Positions 9,068 through 17,572 of a DNA stretch of 64,000 bases are shown piece after piece. Source of the stretch: Novosphingobium sp. GTDB lineage: Bacteria > Pseudomonadota > Alphaproteobacteria > Sphingomonadales > Sphingomonadaceae. Numbering within the stretch: the first letter of the stretch is position 1; each line of letters begins with the position of its first letter. The stretch covers positions 65,482 through 129,481 of the forward strand of contig NZ_JANPGP010000070.1 of the NCBI RefSeq assembly GCF_031424035.1. The letters are read 5' to 3'. The translations under genes were made by a program, and so were the position numbers. Under the pieces are notes generated by a model. That model saw nothing but the letters and a program-made list of their open reading frames with translations, made no database searches and was not told where the DNA came from.

Positions 9068-11185
9068 ATGACTGAAGGCAGCTTGCCGCGCGAGGCCATT
9101 TCACGATTGCTACGGCCGCGTTCGGTGGCTGTGATCGGTGCCAGCGACACGCCGGGTTCGCTCGGCGCGTCGGTGCTGGGCAACCTTGATCGCAACGGCT
9201 TTGCCGGGGAGGTCTATCCGATCAACCCCAAGCGCGAAGTTATCGGCGCACGCAAGTGCCTCGCCTCGGTCGATGACCTGCCGGAAGGCGTGGACGTAGC
9301 TGTGCTGGCAATTCCGCAGGCCGCCGTGCTTGATGCCGTGCGCGGACTTGCGCGGCGCGGCGCGGGCGGGGCGGTGATCTTCTCCGCCGGATTCGCCGAG
9401 GGCGGCGAGGAAGGCAAGGCGCAACAGGCCGAGATTGGCCTCATTGCCGCCGAACACGGCATGGTGATCGAAGGTCCGAACTGCCTTGGCTTCGTCAATC
9501 ACGTTGCGGGAATTCCGCTTACCTTCGTCGAGACCAAGACATTGGCACCGGAGGGCAGGCGCGCGCTGGGCATCGTTTCGCAGTCCGGTGCGATGGCAGC
9601 GGTGCTTTCGACAACCTTCCAGGCGCGTGACCTGCCGGTCAGCTATTCGATCTCCACCGGGAACGAGGCGGGCAGCGGGGTCGAGGACTATGTCGACTGG
9701 CTGGTCGATGATGACGCCACTCAAGTCATCACGATGATCGTCGAACAGTTCCGCAAGCCGCGCCGCTTCCTCGCCGCCGCCCGCCGCGCGCGTGCAGCGG
9801 GCAAGCCAGTCGTCCTGCTGCACCCGGGCACGTCGAGTGCAGCGCGTGAATCCGCTGCGACGCACACCGGAGCAATGGCCGGTGACTACAAGCTGATGCG
9901 CCGCAAGGTAGAGCGCGAAGGCGTGATCTTTGCTGAAACGCTGGAAGAACTAGGCGACATTTCGGAAATCCTGATCCGCTGTGCTGCCATGGCACGGCCC
10001 GATGTAGCGGTTCTGGGAGAATCTGGCGCTTTCAAGGCTTTGATGCTCGATCTGACGGAGGCACTCGAAGTTCCGCTGGCAAACCTGAACGACGAAAACG
10101 CCCCCGAACTGCGTGCCGCGCTGCCGCCTTTCGTACCGGTGAGCAACCCGCTCGACATTACCGCGCAAGGTCTCAGCCAACCGCATATCTATACGCAGAC
10201 GCTGTCGGCGCTGCTTGATGATGCGCGCGTCGGCGCGGTCGTCGCCGGAATTATCCAGACCGATCCCGTGACCTGCAAGATCAAGATTCCCGCAATTCTT
10301 GCCGCGCTGGATGGCCGCGAGATTGCCAAGCCGCTGATCTACGCGGGTCTTGATGAAGGCGCACCGGTTCCGGGCGAATATGTCGCGGCGCTGCGCTCGC
10401 ACGGCGTGCCATGCTTCCCCAGCACCGAACGCGTGTTCCGCGCGCTCGCGCGGCTCGGCAAGCGCGCCACGCTGGACCTGTCGCGCGGCGAGACGGCAGC
10501 GACGCCGCTGGCACGGCTGGGCGAATTCCACGGCGTTGTGGCGGAATATCAGGCCAAAGACCTGCTAGGCCCGCTCGGTTTCCCGTTCCCGCAAGGGGGT
10601 TTTGCCGCCAGCGCGGACGAAGCGGCAGCGGCGGCTGACGCGGTCGGCTATCCGGTAGCGATGAAGGCGCAGGCGCAGCGGCTCGGCCACAAGAGTGACG
10701 CCGGCGGCGTGATCCTGAGCCTCGCCGATGCCGGGGCCGTCCGCGATGCCTGGCACCGTATCCACGCCAACGTCGCAGCCTATGACGCATCAATCGCGCT
10801 TGACGGCGTGCTCATCGAAAAGATGGGCGCACGGGGCATGGAAATGATCGTCGGCGGACGCAACGATCCCGAATGGGGTGCGGTTGTGCTTGCCGGGTTT
10901 GGCGGCGTGACGGCGGAAATCCTGCAGGACGTCTGCCTGTTCACCCCCGACATGACCGAGGCGCAGATTGCCGCCGGTCTGATGGGGCTGAAAAGCGCGG
11001 CGCTGCTCGCCGGTTATCGCGGTTCGCCCAGGCTCGATGTGCCGGCGCTCGCCGCGCTTATCCGACAAGTCGGCGCTCTGCTGGCAAGCGAACCGGGCAT
11101 TGCCGAAATCGATCTCAACCCGGTAATCCTCTATCCTGAGGGTGAAGGCGTGGTAGCGCTCGACGCCTTGATGCTTGTGCAATAA
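9068..11185 (+). CDS. ferA: Feruloyl-CoA synthetase (NDP-forming acyl-CoA synthetase family)
   Basis: PRSVAVIGAS, GPNCLG, SQSG, STGNE, HTG phospho-His site and ATP-grasp HKSDAGGV...EIDLNP. Directly downstream of ferB. Confidence 0.82.
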   Translation: MTEGSLPREAISRLLRPRSVAVIGASDTPGSLGASVLGNLDRNGFAGEVYPINPKREVIGARKCLASVDDLPEGVDVAVLAIPQAAVLDAVRGLARRGAGGAVIFSAGFAEGGEEGKAQQAEIGLIAAEHGMVIEGPNCLGFVNHVAGIPLTFVETKTLAPEGRRALGIVSQSGAMAAVLSTTFQARDLPVSYSISTGNEAGSGVEDYVDWLVDDDATQVITMIVEQFRKPRRFLAAARRARAAGKPVVLLHPGTSSAARESAATHTGAMAGDYKLMRRKVEREGVIFAETLEELGDISEILIRCAAMARPDVAVLGESGAFKALMLDLTEALEVPLANLNDENAPELRAALPPFVPVSNPLDITAQGLSQPHIYTQTLSALLDDARVGAVVAGIIQTDPVTCKIKIPAILAALDGREIAKPLIYAGLDEGAPVPGEYVAALRSHGVPCFPSTERVFRALARLGKRATLDLSRGETAATPLARLGEFHGVVAEYQAKDLLGPLGFPFPQGGFAASADEAAAAADAVGYPVAMKAQAQRLGHKSDAGGVILSLADAGAVRDAWHRIHANVAAYDASIALDGVLIEKMGARGMEMIVGGRNDPEWGAVVLAGFGGVTAEILQDVCLFTPDMTEAQIAAGLMGLKSAALLAGYRGSPRLDVPALAALIRQVGALLASEPGIAEIDLNPVILYPEGEGVVALDALMLVQ

Positions 11186-11264
11186 CCAGAACATCCGCCG
11201 GCACGGGTAACAGGCCCGGCCGGATAATGCGGAGGCGGTCTGCGCCGCCAAACGGGAGAATACG

Positions 11265-12587
11265 ATGTCCTCAGTCCATGCGGCTACCGATCCCCGGCAA
11301 GTCATATCCGGCTTGTCGATGCGCTGGCGGCAAATTCTGGTGATCGCGATCTGCGTCGTGCTCAATGGGCTCGACGGGTTCGACGTGCTGTCAATCAGCT
11401 TCGCCTCGCCGGGTATCGCCAAGGATTGGGGCATCGAGCGCGGGGCGTTGGGTATCGTGCTGTCCGCAGAATTGCTGGGCATGGCGGTGGGTTCGTTCTT
11501 CCTTGGCAATGTCGCTGACAAGATCGGCCGGCGGCCCACGGCTATCGGCTGTCTGTTCGTCATGTCGCTCGGTATGTTCGGCGCGGCCCATGGCACTTCG
11601 ATACAGGAACTGAGCCTGCTGCGGCTGATCACCGGGCTTGGCATCGGTGGCATGTTGGCTTGCACCAATGCGATGGTCGCCGAATTCGCCAACGACCGCT
11701 GGCGCGCCGCCGCGATCGGCATCATGGCGGCTGGCTATCCGATGGGCGCGATTGCGGGCGGAGCCTTTGCCAGCTCGCTGCTGGTCGATGGCACCTGGCG
11801 CGACGTGTTCACTTTTGGCGGTTATGTCAGCGCCGCCATGTTGCCGGTGCTCTATTTCCTCGTGCCCGAGACGGTTGGCCACATCGTCCAGCGCAATCCG
11901 GACAACGCACTGGCCCGCGTCAACAGGTCGCTGACGGCGATCGGCCACGCACCAGTTGCCGCGCTCCCCGCCGATTCCGGGCAGGAACGCCCACGTATCG
12001 CGCTCAGCCGCCTGATGCAGCCAGACCTGCGCAGCCGCACGCTGCTGCTGCTGCTCGCTTATTTCTTCCACGTCATGACGTTCTACTACATCCTCAAGTG
12101 GATCCCGAAGATTGTCGTCGACATGGGCTATGCGCCCTCGGCGGCGGGCGGCGTGCTTGTGTGGGCCAATGTCGGCGGACTGATCGGTTCGCTGCTGCTC
12201 AGCTTCCTCACGCTTCGCTTTGGCCTGCGTTACCTGATGATCGGCACTCTGCTGATGTCGACGGTGATGGTGGTCCTGTTCGGGCGCGGGCAGGCGGACC
12301 TGCAGGGGCTGGCCATCGCGGCGGCGGCTGCCGGGTTCTTCACCAATGCCGGCATGGCGGGTTTCTATCCGCTTATGGCCGCTACGTTCCCGACCGAGGC
12401 ACGCGCTGGCGGCACCGGATTTGTCATCGGGCTTGGCCGCGGCGGCGCGGTGCTGGGGCCCGTGGCGGCAGGTTTCCTGTTCCAGTTCGGCGCCGGACTG
12501 CAGGGCGTTTCGATCGCCATGGGCCTGGGATCGCTGCTCGGCGCGCTGGCTATTATCGCCTTGCACCGGGTCAAAAGCCACGCCTGA
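11265..12587 (+). CDS. Aromatic acid:H+ symporter (AAHS; VanK/PcaK-like MFS)
   Basis: LDGFDVLSISF, GNVADKIGRR, LRLITGLGIGG, FPTEARAGGTG...GRGG. Confidence 0.88.
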   Translation: MSSVHAATDPRQVISGLSMRWRQILVIAICVVLNGLDGFDVLSISFASPGIAKDWGIERGALGIVLSAELLGMAVGSFFLGNVADKIGRRPTAIGCLFVMSLGMFGAAHGTSIQELSLLRLITGLGIGGMLACTNAMVAEFANDRWRAAAIGIMAAGYPMGAIAGGAFASSLLVDGTWRDVFTFGGYVSAAMLPVLYFLVPETVGHIVQRNPDNALARVNRSLTAIGHAPVAALPADSGQERPRIALSRLMQPDLRSRTLLLLLAYFFHVMTFYYILKWIPKIVVDMGYAPSAAGGVLVWANVGGLIGSLLLSFLTLRFGLRYLMIGTLLMSTVMVVLFGRGQADLQGLAIAAAAAGFFTNAGMAGFYPLMAATFPTEARAGGTGFVIGLGRGGAVLGPVAAGFLFQFGAGLQGVSIAMGLGSLLGALAIIALHRVKSHA

Positions 12588-12781
12588 CCCGGCCCTGACA
12601 CGGCATCGCTTGGGCGGATTCTGGGACGCGGGGGGCGGACAGAGGCTGCCCTTGCCGGCTGGGGCAGTGACTTATCCGCTCCGGCTTGGCAAAGCCTGCA
12701 CTCAAAGCGGTGAATCGAACCGGCGCATGCGCTTGCCTTGGCGGCGCGGCACACCGGTCTGCCTGATGAGGAGCACTACGA

Positions 12782-14809
12782 ATGGCGAATGGCAACCTTG
12801 GGATCGAACCCGAAGTCCTGAAGGCGATTTACGGCCAGATGACCCGTATCCGCGCGGTGGACAAGGCGATCCAGGCCGGGCTGTCCGCCGGTAAGTTCAT
12901 GTTCACCTACTGGCCGATGACGGGTCAGGAGTGCATTCCCGCGACGATCTCGCAGCTCACCAGCGAGCGCGACTATATGGTGACCACCTATCGCGGCATT
13001 CACGATCAGGTCGCCAAGGGCGTCGATCTGTTCGGCATGTTTGCCGAAGCGCTCGGCCGTCAGGACGGCGTCAACAAGGGCAAGGGCGGCTCCCCGCACA
13101 TCTCCGACCCGTCGTCGGGTTCGATGGTCACCACGGCCATCGTCGGGGCCGGTGCCCCGATCGCCAACGGTTTCGCCATTTCGGCCAAGGAGCGCGGCGA
13201 GGACCGCGTAACCATCGTCAACTTCGGTGACGGCGCGACCTCAATCGGCGCGGTGCACGAAGCGATGAACATGGCTGGCGCTTGGAAGTTGCCGGTGATC
13301 TTCATGTGCCAGAACAACCAGTGGGGCGAATACACGCCGATCCCGGACTATACGGCGAGCCCCAACTTCTACGGCCGCGCCGAAGCGCTCGGTTTCCGGG
13401 GCGTCCAGCTAGATGGCAACGATCCCGCCGCTTTCTACAACGGCATGAAGGACGTGATCGACCATGTTCGCGCTGGCAAGGGTCCGGTGTTTGTCGAGGC
13501 GATGACCTATCGCATGGGCCCGCACGCCGGCGTGGGTGACAATTACAACGCCGACAAGGATGTGCTCGCCGCCGCCCGCGAGCGCGCGCCGATCGAAAAG
13601 ACCCGCGCGCTGCTGATCGAAGCAGGGATCTGTTCCGACGATGAACTTTCCGCGCTCGAAACCGCGACGGCTGCCGAAGTCGAAGATGCCATCACCCGCG
13701 CCATGGCCAGCCCGGTCACCCCGGCGACCGAGACCGTCACCGACGTGTTCGCCGATGTCACCTGCGTTCCCCAGCGCGGTGTCTATCCGGAGCGCGCCGA
13801 CGAAGGCGCCTTGCCGGCCGACACCAAGTCGATGTCGATGGTCGAAGCGATCCGCGACGCGCAGCACATCGCAATGACCGCCAATCCCGAGGTCTTTATC
13901 CTGGGCGAGGACGTTGGCGATCCGCAGGGCGGTGTGTTCGGCACCAACAAGGGACTGCAGATCGAATTCGGCAAGAACCGCGTCCGTCCGACCCCGATTG
14001 CCGAACAGGCGATCATCGGCGCGGCCATCGGTTCGTCGATCGCCGGCATGAACCCGATTGCGGAAATCATGTTCACCGACTTCTTCGGCGTCTGCATGGA
14101 TCAGGTCTACAACCACGCCGCCAAGCAGCGGTACATGTCGGGCTCTGCAACCCACGCCCCGATGACCATCCGCGTTCAGGCCGGCGGCGGCATGGGCGGC
14201 TTCGGCGCGCAGCATTCGCAGTCGATGGAAGCCTGGCTGCTCCACTCGCCGGGCATCAAGGTGGTCTATCCGTCGAACCCGATCGACGCCAAGGGCCTGC
14301 TCGCCTCGTGCATCGCCGATCCCGATCCCTGCGTGATGATCGAATCGATGATGCTGCTGTTCACCCAGAAGGCCGACGTGCCGACCGGCGATTACCGCGT
14401 GCCGTTGGGCGTCGCCAAGGTCGTGCGTGAAGGCACGGACATCACGCTGATCTCCTATGGCTGGATGCTGCACCAGGCCCTGGCCGCTGCCGAGGAACTG
14501 GCCAAGGAAGGGATCAGCGCCGAGGTCATCGACCTGCGCTCGCTGATGCCGATCGATTACCACCGCGTTCTGGCCTCGGTAAAGAAGACCGGCCGCGCGC
14601 TGGTGGTCCATGCCGCCGTCGAGTTCTGCGGCCTCGGCTCGGAAATCTGCGCCACGATCAACGAGGAGCTGTGGGGCCAGCTCAAGGCACCGGCCAGCCG
14701 CCTCGGCGCGGAATATGCGCCGATTGCCTATTCGCAGGCCATCGAATTCAGCCAGGTTCCAGGCGCCGCCGCCATCACGGCACGTGCCCGCGCCACCGTG
14801 AAATCCTGA
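12782..14809 (+). CDS. Fused TPP-dependent 2-oxoacid/acetoin dehydrogenase-type E1 alpha/beta
   Basis: GKGGSPH and the GDGA...NN TPP-binding motif in the alpha half; GEDV, TPIAEQ, EIMF, QHSQ and EVIDLRSL in the beta half. Confidence 0.9.
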   Translation: MANGNLGIEPEVLKAIYGQMTRIRAVDKAIQAGLSAGKFMFTYWPMTGQECIPATISQLTSERDYMVTTYRGIHDQVAKGVDLFGMFAEALGRQDGVNKGKGGSPHISDPSSGSMVTTAIVGAGAPIANGFAISAKERGEDRVTIVNFGDGATSIGAVHEAMNMAGAWKLPVIFMCQNNQWGEYTPIPDYTASPNFYGRAEALGFRGVQLDGNDPAAFYNGMKDVIDHVRAGKGPVFVEAMTYRMGPHAGVGDNYNADKDVLAAARERAPIEKTRALLIEAGICSDDELSALETATAAEVEDAITRAMASPVTPATETVTDVFADVTCVPQRGVYPERADEGALPADTKSMSMVEAIRDAQHIAMTANPEVFILGEDVGDPQGGVFGTNKGLQIEFGKNRVRPTPIAEQAIIGAAIGSSIAGMNPIAEIMFTDFFGVCMDQVYNHAAKQRYMSGSATHAPMTIRVQAGGGMGGFGAQHSQSMEAWLLHSPGIKVVYPSNPIDAKGLLASCIADPDPCVMIESMMLLFTQKADVPTGDYRVPLGVAKVVREGTDITLISYGWMLHQALAAAEELAKEGISAEVIDLRSLMPIDYHRVLASVKKTGRALVVHAAVEFCGLGSEICATINEELWGQLKAPASRLGAEYAPIAYSQAIEFSQVPGAAAITARARATVKS

Positions 14810-14845
14810 AAAAACGCGAAATCCTGAAAAAACGCGAAATCCTGA
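14800..14845 (+). repeat. 18-bp tandem repeat, about 2.5 copies
   Basis: GAAATCCTGAAAAAACGC at 14800-14817 and 14818-14835, partial GAAATCCTGA at 14836-14845. Confidence 0.9.
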
Positions 14846-14864
14846 TCAAGAGAGAGACGCTATC

Positions 14865-15095
14865 ATGTCGACAGTCCTGACCATTCCCAAGCTCGAAATG
14901 TCGATGAGCGAAGGTACCCTCGCCGAATGGATGGTGGAGAGCGGCACCGCCGTCCAGCAGGGCGAGGTGATCTACCTGCTCGAAACCAACAAGGCCGCGC
15001 GCGAGATCGAGGCACCGGTTGCCGGCACGCTGATCATCAAGGCCGCCGATGGCGAGACCTATCCGTGCGGTACGGAGATCGGCGAAATCGTCTGA
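14865..15095 (+). CDS. Stand-alone lipoyl-carrier domain protein
   Basis: 76 aa: IPKLEMSMSEGTLAEW...LETNKAAREIEAPVAGTL, with the lipoyl-Lys hairpin. Confidence 0.85.
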   Translation: MSTVLTIPKLEMSMSEGTLAEWMVESGTAVQQGEVIYLLETNKAAREIEAPVAGTLIIKAADGETYPCGTEIGEIV

Positions 15096-15114
15096 TCCGG
15101 TTGCAGTGTTAAAG

Positions 15115-15155
15115 AAAAAGGGCCGCCGGTCATTGTGACCGGCGGCCCTTTTTTT
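15115..15155. terminator. Bidirectional Rho-independent terminator
   Basis: AAAAAGGGCCGCCGGTCA-ttg-TGACCGGCGGCCCTTTTTTT between convergent genes. Confidence 0.88.
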
Positions 15156-15161
15156 GCAAGC

Positions 15162-15245
15162 GCGTCCCCGCGCAGGCGGGGGCCTCAGGCCTTCAGACGC
15201 AACGTCTCGTTTAACCTCTTCAGGCCCCCGACTGCGCGGGGGCTC
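15162..15245. repeat. REP-like inverted doublet
   Basis: GCGTCCCCGCGCAGGCGGGGGCCT ... AGGCCCCCGACTGCGCGGGGGCTC; same family as 38963-39054. Confidence 0.7.
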
Positions 15246-15248
15246 CAG

Positions 15249-17462
15249 CTACCCCCGCGTGCGTGGCAGGCCGAGATAGCGTTCGGCAACCATCGAGCGG
15301 TGCACTTCGCTGGTGCCGCCATAGATTGTGGTGCCGTGGGCATGGCGGAAGCACTGGTTGACCAGAGCGGCGGCCCCGGTCCGCTTCGACAGCGACAGCG
15401 GTGCCGTCAGGTCGAGCAGGTCGCGCGAATCTACCAAGAACTTCTCGGACGACCACATCTTCGCCATCGGACCGAATCCGCCGCTCGGCTTCTTTTCGAC
15501 GCTGGCCCACTGGGCGCGGTAGGTCATCATTTCAGAGATCCACAGGTGCGCCACGGCCTTGGCCAAACGGCGCCGGGCGTGGGGCTGGTCAATCAGCTTG
15601 CCGGCGGGTGTTGCGATCTCACCGCACAGTTCCTCTGCAGCGTGAATCATGCCCTTCATCACCTTGGAGAAGCCGCCGCCATGCTCGAGCTCAAGCGCGG
15701 CGGACATGGTCTTGGTGCCGCCATCGACATCACCCAAACGCCATGAATCGGGAATGCGCACGCCGTCATAGAAGGTGATGTTGGTGCGCTCGTTCATGAA
15801 GGTGTGGACGGCCTGCACGGTCACGCCCTCGGCCTTCAGCGGCACGATGAACATGGTCAGGCCCTTGTGCTTGGGCACTTCGGTATTGGTGCGGCAGAGC
15901 ATCAGGACATAGTCGGCCAGGTTCGCGCCAGAGGTCCACATCTTGGTTCCGTCAATCCGCCAGCCGTTGCCGTCCGGGGTGGCCTTGCACTGAGCTGCGA
16001 AGACGTCCGAGCCGCAGCTTGGTTCCGAATAGCCGAGGCTGGTGAGGACTTCGCCGTTGATGATCCTAGGCAGGACATCGCGCTTCAGTTCGTCGCTGCC
16101 GTACTTGTGGATGATCATCGAGACCATCGCCGCGACATTGGCGCCCGGCGTGTTGTAGCCTTGCTTTTCCAGTTCGCCCATCGCGGCGATCTTGGCATAG
16201 GGGCTGATGTTACGGCCCGAAAGCACTTCAGGCAGGCCGGGGAACAGCAGGTTGTTGTCCGCCAGCATCTTGTGGACTTCAGGGACGTAGCCTTCCCACG
16301 AATAGTGGAACCTGGCCCGCATTTCCGGCGTGACTTTTTCTTCGAACAGCTTGGCGATTTCCTCGCAGACCTGCCGAGCCTCGTCGCCAAGGTCGAAGTC
16401 GATCGGCACTTCGCCGGCATCGGGCAGGGAAGCGGCCTCGCCTGCATAGAGCCGGCGCGCGGCTTCATCGAGCAGGAGGTCCGTATCGCCGAACACCAGC
16501 GGCCATGCCTTGGCGCGCAGGACGAAGAGGTGGACGTCATATTCGGTCGTTAGGCCATAGCCGCCAAAGGTGTGCAGCGCCTGGCTGGCGGCATCGACGC
16601 AGTACTTGCTGGCCCAGTGCAGCGCGAGGCTAATACCGGCGGAGGCTTCGTCCGAGCCGTCATAGATGTCGCGGATCGCCTTCCAGACGAGGAACTTCGC
16701 CCCGTCAACTTCGCACAGCCGGTCGGCCAGCGGGTGTGAAATGCCCTGGAATGTGCCGATCAGCTGGCCGAACGCCATGCGCTCATTGGCATAGGCAGAT
16801 GCGAGCTTCAGCGCCTCGCGCCCGATGCCGGCAAGTCCGGCGGCGATCAGCAGTTTCCATTCCTCGATCCCTGCGGCAAAGGCGGCGAGCGCTTCGCTGC
16901 CGCTGCCCAGAACGGCGGCGTCAAGCGCGCCAAGATCGATCTCGGCAATTGGGGTGGAGGCGAGGTTTTCTTCTGCCTTGCGTGCTGCTTCGGGGACCGA
17001 AACCAGCACGATGTCGTTCCCGCGCCGGGCGATCACCGACTCGGCAACAAGCCCGCCGGGCACCCACTGGCTCGGCATGGCGGCAATGTCATGGAGCGCT
17101 ACTGTTACTACAGTCTCGCCGCCAATGGCACGGCTCAGCACATCGGCCTGAGCATCGCCGCCAAGTTGCGAGAGCAGGCGCGTTGCCACCAGCGTTTCCG
17201 CCAAAGGTCCCGAAACCAGCGAGCGCCCAGCCTCATCCATCAGCACTGCGGCGTCGAGCAGGCCCATGCCAAGCCCGCCGAATTCTTCCGGAACCCGCAT
17301 GCCAAAGGCACCCATTTCGCCAAGGCCCTGCCACAGCGCCGGATCGAAGCCCGAGGGGTGGGCGGCACGGACGCGGATCGTGGAGCTATGTTCGTCAAGG
17401 AAGCGCGCAAAGGTGTCGCGCACCATTTCCTGTTCGTCGGTAAGGTCGAAGTTCATTTTCAT
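15249..17462 (-). CDS. Fused two-domain acyl-CoA dehydrogenase
   Basis: 737 aa with two ACAD halves: R-x-AFGQLIGTFQGISH...QALHTFGGYG, then GYSEPSCGSD, GTKMWTS and TIYGGTSE. Confidence 0.88.
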   Translation of the reverse strand: MKMNFDLTDEQEMVRDTFARFLDEHSSTIRVRAAHPSGFDPALWQGLGEMGAFGMRVPEEFGGLGMGLLDAAVLMDEAGRSLVSGPLAETLVATRLLSQLGGDAQADVLSRAIGGETVVTVALHDIAAMPSQWVPGGLVAESVIARRGNDIVLVSVPEAARKAEENLASTPIAEIDLGALDAAVLGSGSEALAAFAAGIEEWKLLIAAGLAGIGREALKLASAYANERMAFGQLIGTFQGISHPLADRLCEVDGAKFLVWKAIRDIYDGSDEASAGISLALHWASKYCVDAASQALHTFGGYGLTTEYDVHLFVLRAKAWPLVFGDTDLLLDEAARRLYAGEAASLPDAGEVPIDFDLGDEARQVCEEIAKLFEEKVTPEMRARFHYSWEGYVPEVHKMLADNNLLFPGLPEVLSGRNISPYAKIAAMGELEKQGYNTPGANVAAMVSMIIHKYGSDELKRDVLPRIINGEVLTSLGYSEPSCGSDVFAAQCKATPDGNGWRIDGTKMWTSGANLADYVLMLCRTNTEVPKHKGLTMFIVPLKAEGVTVQAVHTFMNERTNITFYDGVRIPDSWRLGDVDGGTKTMSAALELEHGGGFSKVMKGMIHAAEELCGEIATPAGKLIDQPHARRRLAKAVAHLWISEMMTYRAQWASVEKKPSGGFGPMAKMWSSEKFLVDSRDLLDLTAPLSLSKRTGAAALVNQCFRHAHGTTIYGGTSEVHRSMVAERYLGLPRTRG

Positions 17463-17572
17463 CCCCGGGAGTGGCCGGATCAGGCCTGTCCCGGGGACGG
17501 TATCGGATTGCGCGGCGCCGCGCCAATGGCGCGGGGGCGTTCATCGTCCGCGCGATTGCCCTTTGGTACAGG

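Noticed and set aside
12588-12781. Intergenic region checked for a riboswitch, sRNA or sigma-54 promoter
   Set aside because: No recognisable TPP or other riboswitch core, and the TGGCA-like motifs lack GG-N10-GC spacing
14800-14845. Mini-CRISPR interpretation of the 18-bp repeats
   Set aside because: The units are directly adjacent with no spacers
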